A stretch of 64,000 nucleotides of DNA from Arenicellales bacterium (GCA_049583715.1 JBAUWJ010000152.1:30-64029), one strand, 5' to 3'. Positions 24,489 to 35,876 are shown, counted from the first letter of the stretch. Made by a program: numbers and translations. The notes: a model not told the origin generated them from the sequence alone.

Positions 24489-26825
24489 TCACCGCCGGGT
24501 CAGCCAGTACCGGGGGCGCCGCGCCCGCCAACCCTGAACTCGGATGCCGTCGCGCGACAGATCGACGATAACCGCTCCCGCAAAACCCGTGGTGATCGTC
24601 CGGATACCGTGCGTCCGATACCGGGACATGACTTCCGGGCGAGGATGACCATATCGATTCAGGTAGCCCGCCGAAACGATGGCCCAGCTTGGCGCCACCC
24701 GGGTGATGAAAGGCAGCGTCGAGGCACCCGTGCCGCCATGGTGGGGCACCAACAGGACGTCGCTGTGCAGCGCACCGCTCCACCGCCGCTGCAGGGCACG
24801 CTCCTCAGCCGCCTGGATGTCGCCGGTGAGCAGCAGCGAGCCATAGCGGCCGGTGACTTTGAGAACACACCCGCCGTCGCCGGAACCGGGGGACAGATCC
24901 AGGATGCGAAAAGTCACGCCGTCCCAGCGCCAGTGCCGACCGCCGCAGGACAGAACCCCGGGCAGCCTCCGGATGTGGCCGGCCAGGACACGCCGCAGCC
25001 GGAATGCCGTGCGCAGATCGTCCATTCCGTTTCGCCGCCGTCCATCGGGAACGATGAGCGTGTCGATCGTCCTCACGGACCGCGAGCGCAGGTACGGAAT
25101 GACCACGGCCCGGGAGAGACTGAACCCGCCCGGATAGCTGGGGCCGGTGCCGTAGAGCAGCGTGTGATGCCGGGTGCGCACGACGACCGCCAGTCCCTCG
25201 CCTACGTCGAGCACCGCGAGCCTGACCTCACCGCGAGCCGGGCCCGCCGGCGCGGGCGCCAGCAGGGCCACCAGGCATACCGCGCCCCATGCGCGCCTGC
25301 GCGGCCTGACGAGCACTATCCAGGCGGCTCCGGCCATGAGGACGAATGCCTGCCAGAGCTCGAGATGCAACGGGAGGCTCGAGTAGTGCAGTTGGCCGAG
25401 CCAGGTCAGCGCCGCCCACAGGAGATCCGCCACCCGATCCGCGATGCGAAGGCACAGCGAAGCGACGCCCTCCCAGCCGAAGGTCACCGCCACGGTGCCG
25501 AGCAGGCACGGAGGCACGATGCAGAACATCACCACGGGTACGGCCAGCATGTTGGCGGGTGCGGACACCGTCGATACCCTGCCGAAGAACAGCGCCACCA
25601 GGGGTAGAAGCGCCAGGCTCAGCATCCATTGAAGCTTCACCGTCTCCGCGGCCCGGTCGCGCCACGTCAGGGGCTCCGCGGATCGAACATCCGGGATCCG
25701 GGCGGCCTGTTGCCGTCGATTCGCTCGTGCGATCCAGGCGAGGATGAATGCCACCGCGCAGAAGGAAAGCCAGAACCCGGCGTCGTGCACCGAGGCCGGG
25801 TTGATGACCAGCACGGCGATCAGGGCCAGGCACAGGCCGCGCATGTTCCAACTGTGTCGCCGGCACAGCACCCCGAACAGGAACACCAGCGCCATCACCA
25901 GTGCGCGCTGGGCCGGGACGTTGAACCCCGACAGCGCGGCATAGGCAGTCGCGAAACACAGGCCGCCGAGCGCACCGATGCGCGGCGCCGCCACGCCGCG
26001 GGCGAAGAGGCCCGCGAACCGTCCGAGCCACACCCCGAGAAAGACCCCGATACCGGCCGCGAACCCGATGTGCAGCCCGGATATGGAAATGAGATGGCTG
26101 GTCCCGGTGGCGCGCAGCGTATGCCATTCCGCCTCCGAGATCGTCGAGCGGTCCCCGATCGCCAGCGCTCGAAGGAGACCGGCATGACGAAGGCCGGTCA
26201 AGCCGAGGTCCAGGCGATCCTTCAGCGCCTGGCGCAGTGATCCGAGCGACAGTCCGGCCGGTGACAGGCGCGAGTCGACGCCGGATCGCCTGACGTATCC
26301 GGTGGCCCGTATACCGCGCCTGAACAGATAGCCTTCGTAGTCGAAGCCGCCGGGGTTGTAATAGCCGTGCGGCCGTTTGAGACGCACCACGAGGCGCCAC
26401 CTCGTGCCCGCCTTCACCTGCGCCACTGCGTACCAGGGCGGGCTGTACCACCGCAGTCGTATACGACCGTCGAACGACACGACCCGCCCTCCGCGCTCGG
26501 CGTGCTCGACGTCCAGATCGAACTTCAGGTAGTGTCGGCCGCGCTGCGGCAGCCCTGCGATTTTCCCGACGATGGTGACGTCCCGTCCCTCCAGCGCCCG
26601 CGGCCATTGGACGGCCAGGACCAGATCTGCGCGAAATAATGCCCAAGCGACGCCGGCCAGGCAGACCACGGCCGGCCGCAGCGGGCGGACCAGGGCACAC
26701 GGAACGAGAACGAGGCCACCCGATATCGTGAGCCAGGCGGGGACGGAAACGGGGGAAAGTTGCGCGCATGCCGTCCCGAGGGCGAACAGGACGGTATAGA
26801 TGTAAAATGCACGATTCCCTGTCAC
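24489..26825 (-). CDS. comEC: DNA internalisation-related competence protein ComEC/Rec2
   Basis: 778 aa. Central polytopic competence domain with SGLHIGF, plus a C-terminal metallo-beta-lactamase-like domain (LLVPHHG). Confidence 0.88.
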   Translation of the reverse strand: MTGNRAFYIYTVLFALGTACAQLSPVSVPAWLTISGGLVLVPCALVRPLRPAVVCLAGVAWALFRADLVLAVQWPRALEGRDVTIVGKIAGLPQRGRHYLKFDLDVEHAERGGRVVSFDGRIRLRWYSPPWYAVAQVKAGTRWRLVVRLKRPHGYYNPGGFDYEGYLFRRGIRATGYVRRSGVDSRLSPAGLSLGSLRQALKDRLDLGLTGLRHAGLLRALAIGDRSTISEAEWHTLRATGTSHLISISGLHIGFAAGIGVFLGVWLGRFAGLFARGVAAPRIGALGGLCFATAYAALSGFNVPAQRALVMALVFLFGVLCRRHSWNMRGLCLALIAVLVINPASVHDAGFWLSFCAVAFILAWIARANRRQQAARIPDVRSAEPLTWRDRAAETVKLQWMLSLALLPLVALFFGRVSTVSAPANMLAVPVVMFCIVPPCLLGTVAVTFGWEGVASLCLRIADRVADLLWAALTWLGQLHYSSLPLHLELWQAFVLMAGAAWIVLVRPRRRAWGAVCLVALLAPAPAGPARGEVRLAVLDVGEGLAVVVRTRHHTLLYGTGPSYPGGFSLSRAVVIPYLRSRSVRTIDTLIVPDGRRRNGMDDLRTAFRLRRVLAGHIRRLPGVLSCGGRHWRWDGVTFRILDLSPGSGDGGCVLKVTGRYGSLLLTGDIQAAEERALQRRWSGALHSDVLLVPHHGGTGASTLPFITRVAPSWAIVSAGYLNRYGHPRPEVMSRYRTHGIRTITTGFAGAVIVDLSRDGIRVQGWRARRPRYWLTRR

Positions 26826-26976
26826 AATTTCGTTCCATCGAAGGCGGGGCCCGGCCCGAATCGTCCCCTGGTGGGGATCGATGCGTCCGGTCCGAGGCGA
26901 GATCCTCCGCGTGTTGCGTCCGGCAAACCGGGTCGCGCGAGACGCTCTGCCGGTTCGGCGTTTAAGTTATCAATCT

Positions 26977-27492
26977 ATGCCCTGGAAGACAAGGCGGCCA
27001 CGCTGGCTGCTCACCAAGAACGATGTGGTCGAACACCGCTACCTGAAGGTATTCGGTGAGCACCTTCACAGCCCGAACCTCTGGCATTTCAATCGCCGCT
27101 CCGTCGTCAACGCAACCGCCGTGGGACTGTTCTGCGCCTTCCTGCCCATGCCTTTCGAGATGGTGGTCGCGGCACTGGGCGCCATATGGTTCGGCGGCAA
27201 CCTGCCCCTGGCAGTAGCCTGGGTCTGGATTTCCAACCCCTTGACCTGGCTTCCGCTCTACACACCCGCCTACCTGCTCGGCTCGTGGATACTGAACGAG
27301 CCCGCCGTGGACACCCACCACATCACGATGCACGTGCTGCTCGAGTCGATGGCCGCCTTGTGGGTCGGCTGCGTCATCGTCGGCATCTTTGCGGGCGCCT
27401 GCGGCTATTTCGTCATCAACACCCTGTGGCGTCTCAACGTACGTGCCCATCGCGCGGAACGGGCACGGCGTTACAACCTGAAGAAGAACTAG
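26977..27492 (+). CDS. DUF2062-family membrane protein
   Basis: MPWKTRRPRWLL...HLHSPNLWHFNRRSVVNATAVGLFCAFLPMPFEMVVAAL. I prefer the start at ATG 26977. Confidence 0.75.
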   Translation: MPWKTRRPRWLLTKNDVVEHRYLKVFGEHLHSPNLWHFNRRSVVNATAVGLFCAFLPMPFEMVVAALGAIWFGGNLPLAVAWVWISNPLTWLPLYTPAYLLGSWILNEPAVDTHHITMHVLLESMAALWVGCVIVGIFAGACGYFVINTLWRLNVRAHRAERARRYNLKKN

Positions 27493-27660
27493 TGGGTCGT
27501 GCCGCCGGCTCCGCGTCGTTCCGGTCCGAAATCCTGGGGGAGACCGTTGAGGTAAGAGCCGTCAAGCAACAATCGAACGACTGCGCCGATCCATCCACCT
27601 TCCCGCCTTGCCGGAGCGGCCCCACGACGATCACCGTCGGACTTTCGTTGCTCGTGTGCC

Positions 27661-28401
27661 TCACGACCACCCCTCCCGCCTGCTGACGAACCAGACGTTC
27701 ATCGGATCATGCGCCAGCGTTTGGCGGCGCACGGATTCGAAGCCGGCCTCCCGCAGCAGGCGTTCGGCCGTTTCCCAGCCCCACATCGTACCGAGTCCGG
27801 CACCACCCTGGCCGATCGAGACCGGTGTGCAGTGAAAGCAGGAAATGGCGTACAACAGGGATGCCATCGGGAAGTCCATGTTGTTCTCCAGAGAGGCGGA
27901 GCCGCCGATGTCCTGCATCAAGTGCACACCGCCGGGCTTCAAGGAACGGTACAGACCGCCCAACAGCGCCCCCGGGTCTTTCTGGTCATGGATGCCGTCG
28001 AACGACATCACCAGATCGTACCGGCTTGTCTCCTCGAAGCCGCTCAGGTCGCGAACCTCGAAACCAATATTACACAGACCTCGGTTGCGGACTTCCCGGC
28101 TCGCGTATTGGATCGCATCCGGACACAGATCGTATCCGGTGAACCGACTGGCCGGGAAACGTTCGGCCATCGCGATCAAGGCCCGCCCGCGACCGCAGCC
28201 GGCGTCCAGTACGTCGATACCGGCACGCAGTCGCTCGTCGATGCCTTCGATCAACGGTAGTATCAGCTCGAACAGCGGTTTGACAACGGTCTGGCCGCTG
28301 TCTTCGGCCATGAATTGGTGAAAGTGCGGATAGTCCGAGTACTCGGTCCCGTCTCCGGTCTCGAAACACGCCAGGATCCGATCCTGCACGGCGCCCATCA
28401 C
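27661..28401 (-). CDS. Class I SAM-dependent methyltransferase
   Basis: Motif I VLDAGCGRGRALIAMAE and post-I YDLVMSFDGIHD. Confidence 0.8.
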   Translation of the reverse strand: MMGAVQDRILACFETGDGTEYSDYPHFHQFMAEDSGQTVVKPLFELILPLIEGIDERLRAGIDVLDAGCGRGRALIAMAERFPASRFTGYDLCPDAIQYASREVRNRGLCNIGFEVRDLSGFEETSRYDLVMSFDGIHDQKDPGALLGGLYRSLKPGGVHLMQDIGGSASLENNMDFPMASLLYAISCFHCTPVSIGQGGAGLGTMWGWETAERLLREAGFESVRRQTLAHDPMNVWFVSRREGWS

Positions 28402-28406
28402 GGGAA

Positions 28407-28733
28407 TTGGGGTCCCAGCTCTGGGTCTCCGATCACTACACCGCTTCGGACTGTGTCGAGCGCATGGCGGCGATCTCGGGCCTGCCGGAGAGGACCTTCA
28501 AACGCCGCTTCAGAAAGGCAACGGGGTTCACGCCGATCGAGTACGTCCAAACGCTGCGAATCGAGGAAGCAAAACAGATCCTGGAAACGACCGACGAGGC
28601 CATCGACATCATCGTCGACGCCGTCGGCTACGACGACCCCGCCTCCTTTCGCAGACTGTTCAAGCGTCTCGCGGGTGTGACCCCCGGCAGGTACCGGCAA
28701 CGCTACCAGCACCTCAGACGACTCGTGAAGTAG
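28407..28733 (+). pseudogene. AraC/XylS-family HTH domain only (GlxA-like C-terminus), probably a truncated remnant
   Basis: ERMAAISGLPERTFKRRFRKATGFTPIEYVQTLRIEEAKQILETTDEAIDIIVDAVGYDDPASFRRLFKRLAGVTPGRYR is a complete double-HTH. No sensor domain is present. The ORF starts 5 nt from the divergent methyltransferase start. Confidence 0.55.
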
Positions 28734-28740
28734 CACACCC

Positions 28741-28772
28741 GCGGTGTTTGTCGGAATGAATTCCGACCCACA
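28741..28772. repeat. Repeat family D copy 1 (REP-like, GGAATGAATTCC palindrome)
   Basis: GCGGTGTTTGTCGGAATGAATTCCGACCCACA, flanked by direct GTAGCACACCCGCGG at 28731-28745 and 28774-28788. Confidence 0.75.
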
Positions 28773-28840
28773 AGTAGCACACCCGCGGTCGCACGGCGCG
28801 CTGCCCAAGGTCGCAGGTCCCGATAGCGGCGCGGCATCAG

Positions 28841-28872
28841 GCGGTGTTTGTCGGAATGAATTCCGACCCACA
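28841..28872. repeat. Repeat family D copy 2
   Basis: An identical 32-mer exactly 100 bp downstream of copy 1. Confidence 0.75.
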
Positions 28873-28951
28873 GGGGGAAGTGCCGGAGATCTCCGGGAGC
28901 GACATTCCTGCCGACCCACGGGTGTGGTGGATCGGGAAATGGGACAGCAGG

Positions 28952-29644
28952 CTATTCGGGCTGCAAGGGCCCGAGGAAGCCGTCCTTGAGCTCCAGGACG
29001 CGGTCCATACGGCCGGCCAGATCACGGTCGTGCGTAACGACCACCAGGCTGGTGCCGAGCTCTCGGTTCAGCCCCACCATCAGGGAATAGACCTTTTCGG
29101 CGGTCTTTCTGTCCAGGTTTCCGGTCGGCTCGTCCGCGAGGATGCACGCGGGCCGGGTCACCAGGGCCCGGGCCACCGCCGCACGCTGGCGTTCGCCGCC
29201 GGAGAGCTCCCCGGGCTTGTGCTGCAGCCGCTGGCCGAGGCCCACTTCCTCCAGGCAGGCCCGGGCGCGTTCGACGCAGGTGCCGCGCGCCTCGCCCCGC
29301 ACCAGCAGAGGCATCATCACGTTCTCGAGGGCCGTGAATTCCGGCAGCAGATGGTGGAACTGGTACACGAAGCCGAGATAGCGATTGCGCATGTCTCCCC
29401 GTTCGGAGTCGGACAACGCAAAGAAGTCCGTGCCCTCGATCTGAACGCTGCCGCCGGTAGGTATATCCAGACCGCCGAGCAAGTGCAGCAGCGTGCTCTT
29501 GCCGGATCCGGAAGCACCCACTATGGCGAGCTGCTCTCCGGCGAACACCTCGAGGTCGAGCCCCATCAGAACGTCGACGTTGAGACCGCCCTGGTCGAAG
29601 CGCTTGACCAGGCCCCGGCACGCCAGCACGACTTTCCCGCTCAT
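28952..29644 (-). CDS. lolD: Lipoprotein-releasing system ATP-binding protein
   Basis: [19 protein letters not shown] and [10 protein letters not shown], immediately downstream of the Lol permease gene. Confidence 0.9.
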   Translation of the reverse strand: MSGKVVLACRGLVKRFDQGGLNVDVLMGLDLEVFAGEQLAIVGASGSGKSTLLHLLGGLDIPTGGSVQIEGTDFFALSDSERGDMRNRYLGFVYQFHHLLPEFTALENVMMPLLVRGEARGTCVERARACLEEVGLGQRLQHKPGELSGGERQRAAVARALVTRPACILADEPTGNLDRKTAEKVYSLMVGLNRELGTSLVVVTHDRDLAGRMDRVLELKDGFLGPLQPE

Positions 29645-30879
29645 TCGTATCTCAATGCCTCCGCCGGCTGGGTCCTGGAGGCGCGGAAGGCAGGATAGAG
29701 CGTCGCGACGGCGCTCATGCCGAGGGAAGACAGCGTCACGACCAGCACGTCCCGCCAGTGCATGTCAGCAGGGAAATCACTGATGACGTAGACGTCCGCC
29801 GGAAAGAACTGCACATGGAAGATGTGCTCGAGGAACGGGACGATGGTCTGGATATTGAGGGACGTGATCACCCCGGTGAGCCCCCCCAACAGCGTGCCGA
29901 TCACCCCGATGAGCATGCCCTGTACGATGAAGATCCCCATCACGCCGCTCGGCCGCATGCCCAGCGTCCTCAGGATGGCAATGTCCGCCTGCTTGTCGGT
30001 GACCACCATCACCAGGGTGGAGACGATGTTGAATGCCGCCACCGCCACGATGAGGAACAGGATGATGAACATGACGCGCTTCTCGATTCCGAGAGCACGA
30101 AAGAAATTGCGGTGGTCACGGGTCCAGTCGCTGATGTAGAAGCCCGGTCCGAGGGAATTGGCCAGGCCGTTGCGGACCAGCGGGGCCTTGAAGATGTCGT
30201 GCAGCTTCAGGCGCAGCCCGGTCACCTCGTTGCCGGACTCGTACAGCTTCTCCGCGTCGCCGAGATCGATCAGCACCAGGCCGCTGTCGTAGTCGTACAT
30301 CCCGATCTTGAAGATGCCGCTGACCGTGAACCGCCGCAGCCGCGGCAGCATACCGGCCGGCGTCACCTGGCCTTCCGGAACGACGATGGTCACCTTGGAC
30401 CCGACGTCCAGCCCCAGGGTGCGCGCCAGCACGCTGCCCACGACCACTTTGAACTTGCCGGGCTCGAGGGAATCGAGGCTGCCCTCCTCCATATGCTTGC
30501 CGATATCGGAAACGTTCGGCTCCTGGCTGGGCATGATCCCTCGCACGATGGCACCCGTGGCATTGCCTCCCTTGGTGAGCATTCCTTGTCCGAGCACATA
30601 AGGGGCCACTCCGGCGACCTCGGGAATCTTCTTCACGGCATCCTCGAGATGCTGCCAGCCCTGAAGGCCGCCCTGATCGGCCGTAATGGTGACGTGGGCC
30701 GCGACGCCCAGGATGCGGTCGCGGAGCTCGCCCTCGAAGCCGTTCATGATGGACAGGACGGTGATGAGCGCCCACACGCCGAGGGTGATCCCCATCATCG
30801 CGATCAGTGTGATGAACGAGATGAAGTGATTGCGGCGCTTGGCGCGTGTGTAGCGCAGGCCGATGAAGACGGGAAGCAC
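29641..30879 (-). CDS. Lipoprotein-releasing system permease (LolC/LolE/LolF family); only one permease gene is present
   Basis: 412 aa with MacB-like FtsX topology. [23 protein letters not shown] is a typical Lol permease N-terminus. Confidence 0.88.
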   Translation of the reverse strand: MLPVFIGLRYTRAKRRNHFISFITLIAMMGITLGVWALITVLSIMNGFEGELRDRILGVAAHVTITADQGGLQGWQHLEDAVKKIPEVAGVAPYVLGQGMLTKGGNATGAIVRGIMPSQEPNVSDIGKHMEEGSLDSLEPGKFKVVVGSVLARTLGLDVGSKVTIVVPEGQVTPAGMLPRLRRFTVSGIFKIGMYDYDSGLVLIDLGDAEKLYESGNEVTGLRLKLHDIFKAPLVRNGLANSLGPGFYISDWTRDHRNFFRALGIEKRVMFIILFLIVAVAAFNIVSTLVMVVTDKQADIAILRTLGMRPSGVMGIFIVQGMLIGVIGTLLGGLTGVITSLNIQTIVPFLEHIFHVQFFPADVYVISDFPADMHWRDVLVVTLSSLGMSAVATLYPAFRASRTQPAEALRYE

Positions 30880-30905
30880 GGGGCAGCGAGCTCGATCGAC
30901 CGGGG

Positions 30906-32399
30906 CTAGGAGACGCCCGTCTCCGGACGCATGTGCGGGAACAGCAGGACATCGCGGATCGAAGCACAGTCCGCCAGCAGCATCACCAGGCGATCGATAC
31001 CGATACCTTCGCCCGCGGTAGGCGGAAGACCGAACTCCAGGGCGCGGATGTAGTCGTGGTCGAAGTGCATGGCCTCCTCGTCCCCGGCCTGCTTCTCGGC
31101 CACCTGCCGGTGGAAGCGGCGGGCCTGGTCTTCCGAATCGTTCAGCTCCGAGAAACCGTTGGCGATCTCCCGCCCCGCGATGAACAGCTCGAAACGATCC
31201 GTCACCGACGGATCGTTGTCATTGATGCGCGACAGGGGGGATACCTCCACCGGGAAAAGGGTCACGAATGTCGGTTGAATCAGCTTGTCCTCGACGGTCT
31301 GGTCGAATATCTCCATCAGCCACTTCCCTTCGCCCCAGTGCTCCCTGGGCTCGATCCCGAGCGAACGGCCGTACTCGGACAATCGTTGACGATCGGCAAT
31401 GTCGGCGGGGGTCAGCTCGTCATTGCGCTCGAGAACGGCGTCCTTGACGCTGAGTCGCTTGAAGGGCGCCTCGAAGCTGATCCCCTGCCCCTGGTAGTCG
31501 AACGACTCGCTGCCGAGCACCTCGTTCGCCAGCTCCCGGAACAGGGTCTCCGTGAGATCCATGAGATCCGTGTAGTCCGCGTAGGCCTGGTAGAACTCCA
31601 GCATGGTGAACTCGGGATTGTGCTGGGTGCTCACCCCCTCGTTCCGGAAGTTGCGGTTGATCTCGAAAACGCGGTCGAAGCCCCCCACCACCAGCCTCTT
31701 CAGGAAGAGCTCCGGTGCGACCCGCAGGTACAGGTCCATGCCCAGTGCGTTGTGATGGGTCACGAACGGCCGGGCCACGGCGCCGCCCGGTATCGCCTGC
31801 ATCATCGGGGTCTCCACTTCGAGAAAATCCCGTGCCGCGAAGAACTGCCGGATGACCTGGATGATCCTGGCCCGGATCCGGAAGACGCGCTGTGCCTCGG
31901 GATTCATGATCAGGTCCACGTAGCGCTGGCGGTAGCGGAGCTCGTGGTCGCTGAGTCCATGGAACTTCTCCGGGAGCGGGCGAAGGGACTTGGTGAGCAG
32001 ACGGATGTCATCCGCCCGCACGCTGAGCTCGCCGGTCCGGGTGCGAAACAGCTCGCCTCGCACCCCGACGATGTCACCGATGTCCCACTTCTTGAACTGC
32101 TCGTTGTACCGACCTTCGGGAAGGCTGTCGCGCTGCACGAAGATCTGAATCCGCCCGCTGCGGTCCTGAATGTGCGCGAACGATGCCTTGCCCATGATCC
32201 GGCGGCTCATCATCCGTCCCGCAATGCTGACCGGAATCGCCGACTGGGCAAGCTTTTCGGCGTCCCAATCGCCGTACTCCGCCGCGATCTCCGACGCCAG
32301 GTGAGTCGGCCTGAAGTCGTTGGGAAACGCGAACCCGCCCTGCCGCAGCGCTTCCAGCTTCTCGCGACGCTGCCTGATTTGCTCGTTGTCGTCGTTCAT
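30906..32399 (-). CDS. lysS: Lysine--tRNA ligase (class II)
   Basis: 497 aa. OB-fold N-domain and class II motifs ([15 protein letters not shown]-type [10 protein letters not shown]). Confidence 0.95.
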   Translation of the reverse strand: MNDDNEQIRQRREKLEALRQGGFAFPNDFRPTHLASEIAAEYGDWDAEKLAQSAIPVSIAGRMMSRRIMGKASFAHIQDRSGRIQIFVQRDSLPEGRYNEQFKKWDIGDIVGVRGELFRTRTGELSVRADDIRLLTKSLRPLPEKFHGLSDHELRYRQRYVDLIMNPEAQRVFRIRARIIQVIRQFFAARDFLEVETPMMQAIPGGAVARPFVTHHNALGMDLYLRVAPELFLKRLVVGGFDRVFEINRNFRNEGVSTQHNPEFTMLEFYQAYADYTDLMDLTETLFRELANEVLGSESFDYQGQGISFEAPFKRLSVKDAVLERNDELTPADIADRQRLSEYGRSLGIEPREHWGEGKWLMEIFDQTVEDKLIQPTFVTLFPVEVSPLSRINDNDPSVTDRFELFIAGREIANGFSELNDSEDQARRFHRQVAEKQAGDEEAMHFDHDYIRALEFGLPPTAGEGIGIDRLVMLLADCASIRDVLLFPHMRPETGVS

Positions 32400-32507
32400 T
32401 TTCCGATGTTTGACTCATGGGTCGCGGACCGCCGGTAACGGTCCGCCGCCAAGGGGTGTCCATCTCCCACTCGCGGACTAGACACGATCCTTGCCTGATC
32501 GGTCCCG

Positions 32508-33603
32508 CTACAGCCCGGCCTTCAGACTCGCCTCGATGAACGGGTCCAGGCTGCCGTCCAGCACGCCCTGGGTGTCCCCGACCTCGACGGAGGTCCTGAG
32601 GTCCTTGATGCGGGACTGGTCCAGCACGTAGGAACGGATCTGCTGCCCCCAACCGATGTCGGCCTTGCTGTCTTCCACGGCCTGCTGCTCCGCCCGCCGC
32701 TTCTGCATCTCGGCCTCGTAGAGCCGGGCCTTGAGCATCTGCATGGCCGTCGCCTTGTTGCGATGCTGCGAACGGTCGTTCTGGCACTGGACCACGATAC
32801 CCGTGGGCAGGTGCGTGATGCGCACCGCGGAGTCGGTACGGTTGACATGCTGACCGCCCGCCCCGCTCGCCCGGTAAGTATCGATCCGCAGGTCCACGGG
32901 ATTGATCTCCACTTCCACCTTGTCGTCGATCTCGGGGTAGACATAGACGGAAGCGAAAGAGGTATGCCGCCGGTGTCCGGAATCGAAGGGCGACTTACGC
33001 ACTAATCTGTGAATCCCCGTCTCCGTCCGCAGGTAACCGAAGGCATACTCCCCGGAGACCTTGATGGTCGCGCTCTTGATCCCCGCCACCTCGCCCTCGG
33101 AGATCTCGACCACCTCGCTCTCGAACTCCTTGTACTCGCAATAGCGAAGGTACATGCGCAGCAGCATCTCCGCCCAGTCCTGCGCTTCGGTACCGCCGGA
33201 GCCGGCCTGGATGTCCACGAACGCATTGTTGGCGTCCATGGGGCCGGCAAACATCCGCTGGAATTCCAGCTCCGCCAGCTTCGCGTCGAGACCGCTCAGG
33301 TCGGATTCCACCGAGCCGAGCAGCTCCGGATCGGCCTCATCATGGGCCAGCTCGATCAGCTCTGCCGCCTCGGCGATCGCGCGATGAATCTGCTCCAGGT
33401 TGCCCACCACCCGAGCCAACCGCGAGCGGCTCTGACCCAGCTCCTGGGCCCGCTCCGGATTATCCCATATACCGGGCTGCTCCAACTGCCGGTCTATCTC
33501 CTCGAGCGCCTCCTTCTTGCTGTCGAAGTCAAAGATACCTCCTGAGAGCGGCTTCCCGCCCCTTCAGTTCCTTCACGGCTTCAACCAGGGACGTAAATTC
33601 CAT
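32508..33603 (-). CDS. prfB: Peptide chain release factor 2, requiring a programmed +1 frameshift
   Basis: Frame 0: ATG 33603 [24 protein letters not shown] then TGA at 33531-33529. Frame +1 continues [29 protein letters not shown]... through SPF and GGQ (SGAGGQHVN). Confidence 0.95.
33528..33543 (-). promoter_or_regulatory. prfB +1 frameshift site
   Basis: AGGAGG TAT CTT TGA C: a Shine-Dalgarno-like element 3 nt upstream of the slippery CUU-UGA-C, the same architecture as in E. coli prfB. Confidence 0.9.
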
Positions 33604-33739
33604 CGCGATCAATCTCAACTGTGGATTTCAAGGAGCGCGAGCATACCGGAATATCACCGCCGCGCGAAAGTTGCTTGGCGCACCAAGGCGCCCCCGGCTT
33701 TCGTTTCGCCGGTATCGTATCCCGCAAGAAGCCTGTAGG

Positions 33740-33845
33740 CATGGCTTGCGGAAGGTCTTCGGGGGACCTATGCCGCAGGGTGCGGCATCGGAGCCTACAT
33801 GGACGTATCTACGGCGTGCCCCCGAAGACCCTCCCCAGGCCCATG
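33740..33845. repeat. Repeat family A copy A2 (inverted orientation, more diverged)
   Basis: CATGGCTTGCGGAAGGTCTTCGGGGG...CCCCCGAAGACCCTCCCCAGGCCCATG, with core GGAGCCTACATGGACGTAT. Confidence 0.7.
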
Positions 33846-33901
33846 CACGGCACCTCACTCGGCGGCGTCGTGTCGTGCCGATCCTAAACGAAGGTGCCCA
33901 G

Positions 33902-34008
33902 CATGAACCGGGGAAGGGTCTTGGCGGGACGCCGCAAGTACCTCCCTGTAGGCTCGCCTCCGGCATCCCTGCCTCCAGACGCCCGCCAAGACCCTTCCCC
34001 GCTTCATG
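33902..34008. repeat. Repeat family A copy A3
   Basis: CATGAACCGGGGAAGGGTCTTGGCGGG...CCCGCCAAGACCCTTCCCCGCTTCATG, with core CCCTGTAGGCTCGCCTCCGGCATCCCTGCCTCCAGACG. Confidence 0.8.
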
Positions 34009-34310
34009 CCCTGACGCCCCTTCCTCCGGCCTGATCCAGGAGACCTGTCAAGGTCCCCGTCGTGCAGATCCTGCTTTCCCTTGCGCAGTATCAAGACGGA
34101 GCCGGTTGGAGTCTGCTAAAGAAGATGATTCCAAAAGATACCAAGGTACCTGCACATCCGGATTCCATCCTGACAAGTGGTACACTTCCGGCCAGGTGAA
34201 TAAGAACACGTCGCAGCAGTGGGGTTCGGTCCTCTCGGCATTCCCATCGATTCGTGCGCACCGGGACCACGGCCCTGCTGCCGGCAGGACTTCCTGAGAG
34301 AAACGTAGAC

Positions 34311-35867
34311 ATGCGAATCGGCATACCCCGAGAGACCTATCCCGGCGAAAAGCGGGTCGCCACCACTCCCGCGGTTGTCCCCGAGCTTTTGAAGCTGGGC
34401 TACGAGGTCGTCGTTGAGCAAGGCGCCGGCGCCGGCGCGAGCTTCCACGACGACGACTACCGCCGCGCGGGCGCAACGGTGGAGGCGGATACCCGCAAGC
34501 TGTGGAGCGAATCCGACATCATCCTCAAGGTCAACAAGCCCGACCGTCACCCGGACCTGGACGTCGACGAGACCGAGCTGCTCTCCCCCGGAAGTCTCCT
34601 CGTCTGCTTCGTCTGGCCGGCCCAGAATGAAGACCTGATGAAGCGGCTGGCCGCGCGGGGCGTGACGGTCTGCGCCATGGACTCGGTGCCGCGGGTCTCC
34701 CGGGCGCAGAAGCTGGACGCCCTCTCGTCCATGGCCAACGTCGCCGGCTATCGCGCCGTGATCGAGGCCGCCCACCACTTCGGCCGGTTCTTCACCGGCC
34801 AGGTCACCGCCGCCGGCAAGGTCCCGCCGGCCAAGGTCCTGGTCATCGGCGCCGGCGTCGCGGGCCTGTCCGCCATCGGAGCCGCCGGGTCCCTGGGCGC
34901 CATCGTCCGCGCCTTCGACACCCGCCCGGAGGTCAAGGAGCAGGTGGAGAGCATGGATGCCGAATTCCTCGAGGTCGACCTGAAGGAGGAAGGCTCGGGC
35001 ACCGGGGGATACGCCAAGGAAATGAGCGAGGAGTTCATCAAGGCCGAGATGGCGCTGTTCCAGCAGCAGGCCGAGGAGGTGGATATCATCATCACCACCG
35101 CCTTGATCCCCGGGAAGCCGGCGCCGAAGCTGATCACGGCGCCCATGGTGGAGAGCATGAAGGCCGGCAGCGTCATTGTCGACCTGGCCGCCGAGCAGGG
35201 AGGCAACTGCGAGCTCACCGAGCCCGGCGAGGCCGTCGTCAAGCACGGCGTGACCATCATCGGCTACACCGACCTCGCCAGCCGGCTTGCCGCCCAGTCC
35301 AGCCAGCTCTATGCCACCAACCTGCGGCAGCTCCTGGTCGAGCTCACGCCGGAGAAGGACGGACGGCCGGTCGTCGACATGGAGGACGAGGTCATCCGGG
35401 GCCTCACCGTGATCAAGGATGGGAACATCACCTGGCCACCCCCGGCACCGAAGATCAGCGCGGCCCCTCCGGGTCCGGCGAAACCGGCGCACGAGGCGCT
35501 TCCGGCCGAAGCCGCCAGGCGGCGCCGGCCCTGGGTGTCGCTACTGCTGCTGGCCGTGGGAGCGCTGGTGATACTGGGGATGGGTTCGTCGGCCCCACCC
35601 GACTTCATGAACCACTTTACCGTCTTCATCCTGGCGATCTTCGTCGGCTACCAGGTGGTCTGGGCGGTCACGCCCGCCCTGCACACTCCCCTGATGAGCG
35701 TCACCAACGCCATCAGCGGGATCATCATCCTCGGCGCATTGCTTCAGATCGGCTCCCCCGCCCATCTCGTCGCGGTCCTTGCGGGGATCGCCGTGCTGAT
35801 CGCCTCCATCAACGTCGTGGGCGGGTTCCTGGTCACCCAGAGAATGCTCAGGATGTTTCGGAGATAG
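34311..35867 (+). CDS. pntA: NAD(P) transhydrogenase subunit alpha (full-length, with TM tail)
   Basis: [23 protein letters not shown]..., [12 protein letters not shown]-terminal TM helices. Start at ATG 34311. Confidence 0.93.
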   Translation: MRIGIPRETYPGEKRVATTPAVVPELLKLGYEVVVEQGAGAGASFHDDDYRRAGATVEADTRKLWSESDIILKVNKPDRHPDLDVDETELLSPGSLLVCFVWPAQNEDLMKRLAARGVTVCAMDSVPRVSRAQKLDALSSMANVAGYRAVIEAAHHFGRFFTGQVTAAGKVPPAKVLVIGAGVAGLSAIGAAGSLGAIVRAFDTRPEVKEQVESMDAEFLEVDLKEEGSGTGGYAKEMSEEFIKAEMALFQQQAEEVDIIITTALIPGKPAPKLITAPMVESMKAGSVIVDLAAEQGGNCELTEPGEAVVKHGVTIIGYTDLASRLAAQSSQLYATNLRQLLVELTPEKDGRPVVDMEDEVIRGLTVIKDGNITWPPPAPKISAAPPGPAKPAHEALPAEAARRRRPWVSLLLLAVGALVILGMGSSAPPDFMNHFTVFILAIFVGYQVVWAVTPALHTPLMSVTNAISGIIILGALLQIGSPAHLVAVLAGIAVLIASINVVGGFLVTQRMLRMFRR

Positions 35868-35876
35868 GGCTGGCAC

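Noticed and set aside
23400-25607. 735-aa plus-strand ORF.
   Set aside because: Antisense to exbD, exbB and comEC, which all have clear family motifs on the minus strand.
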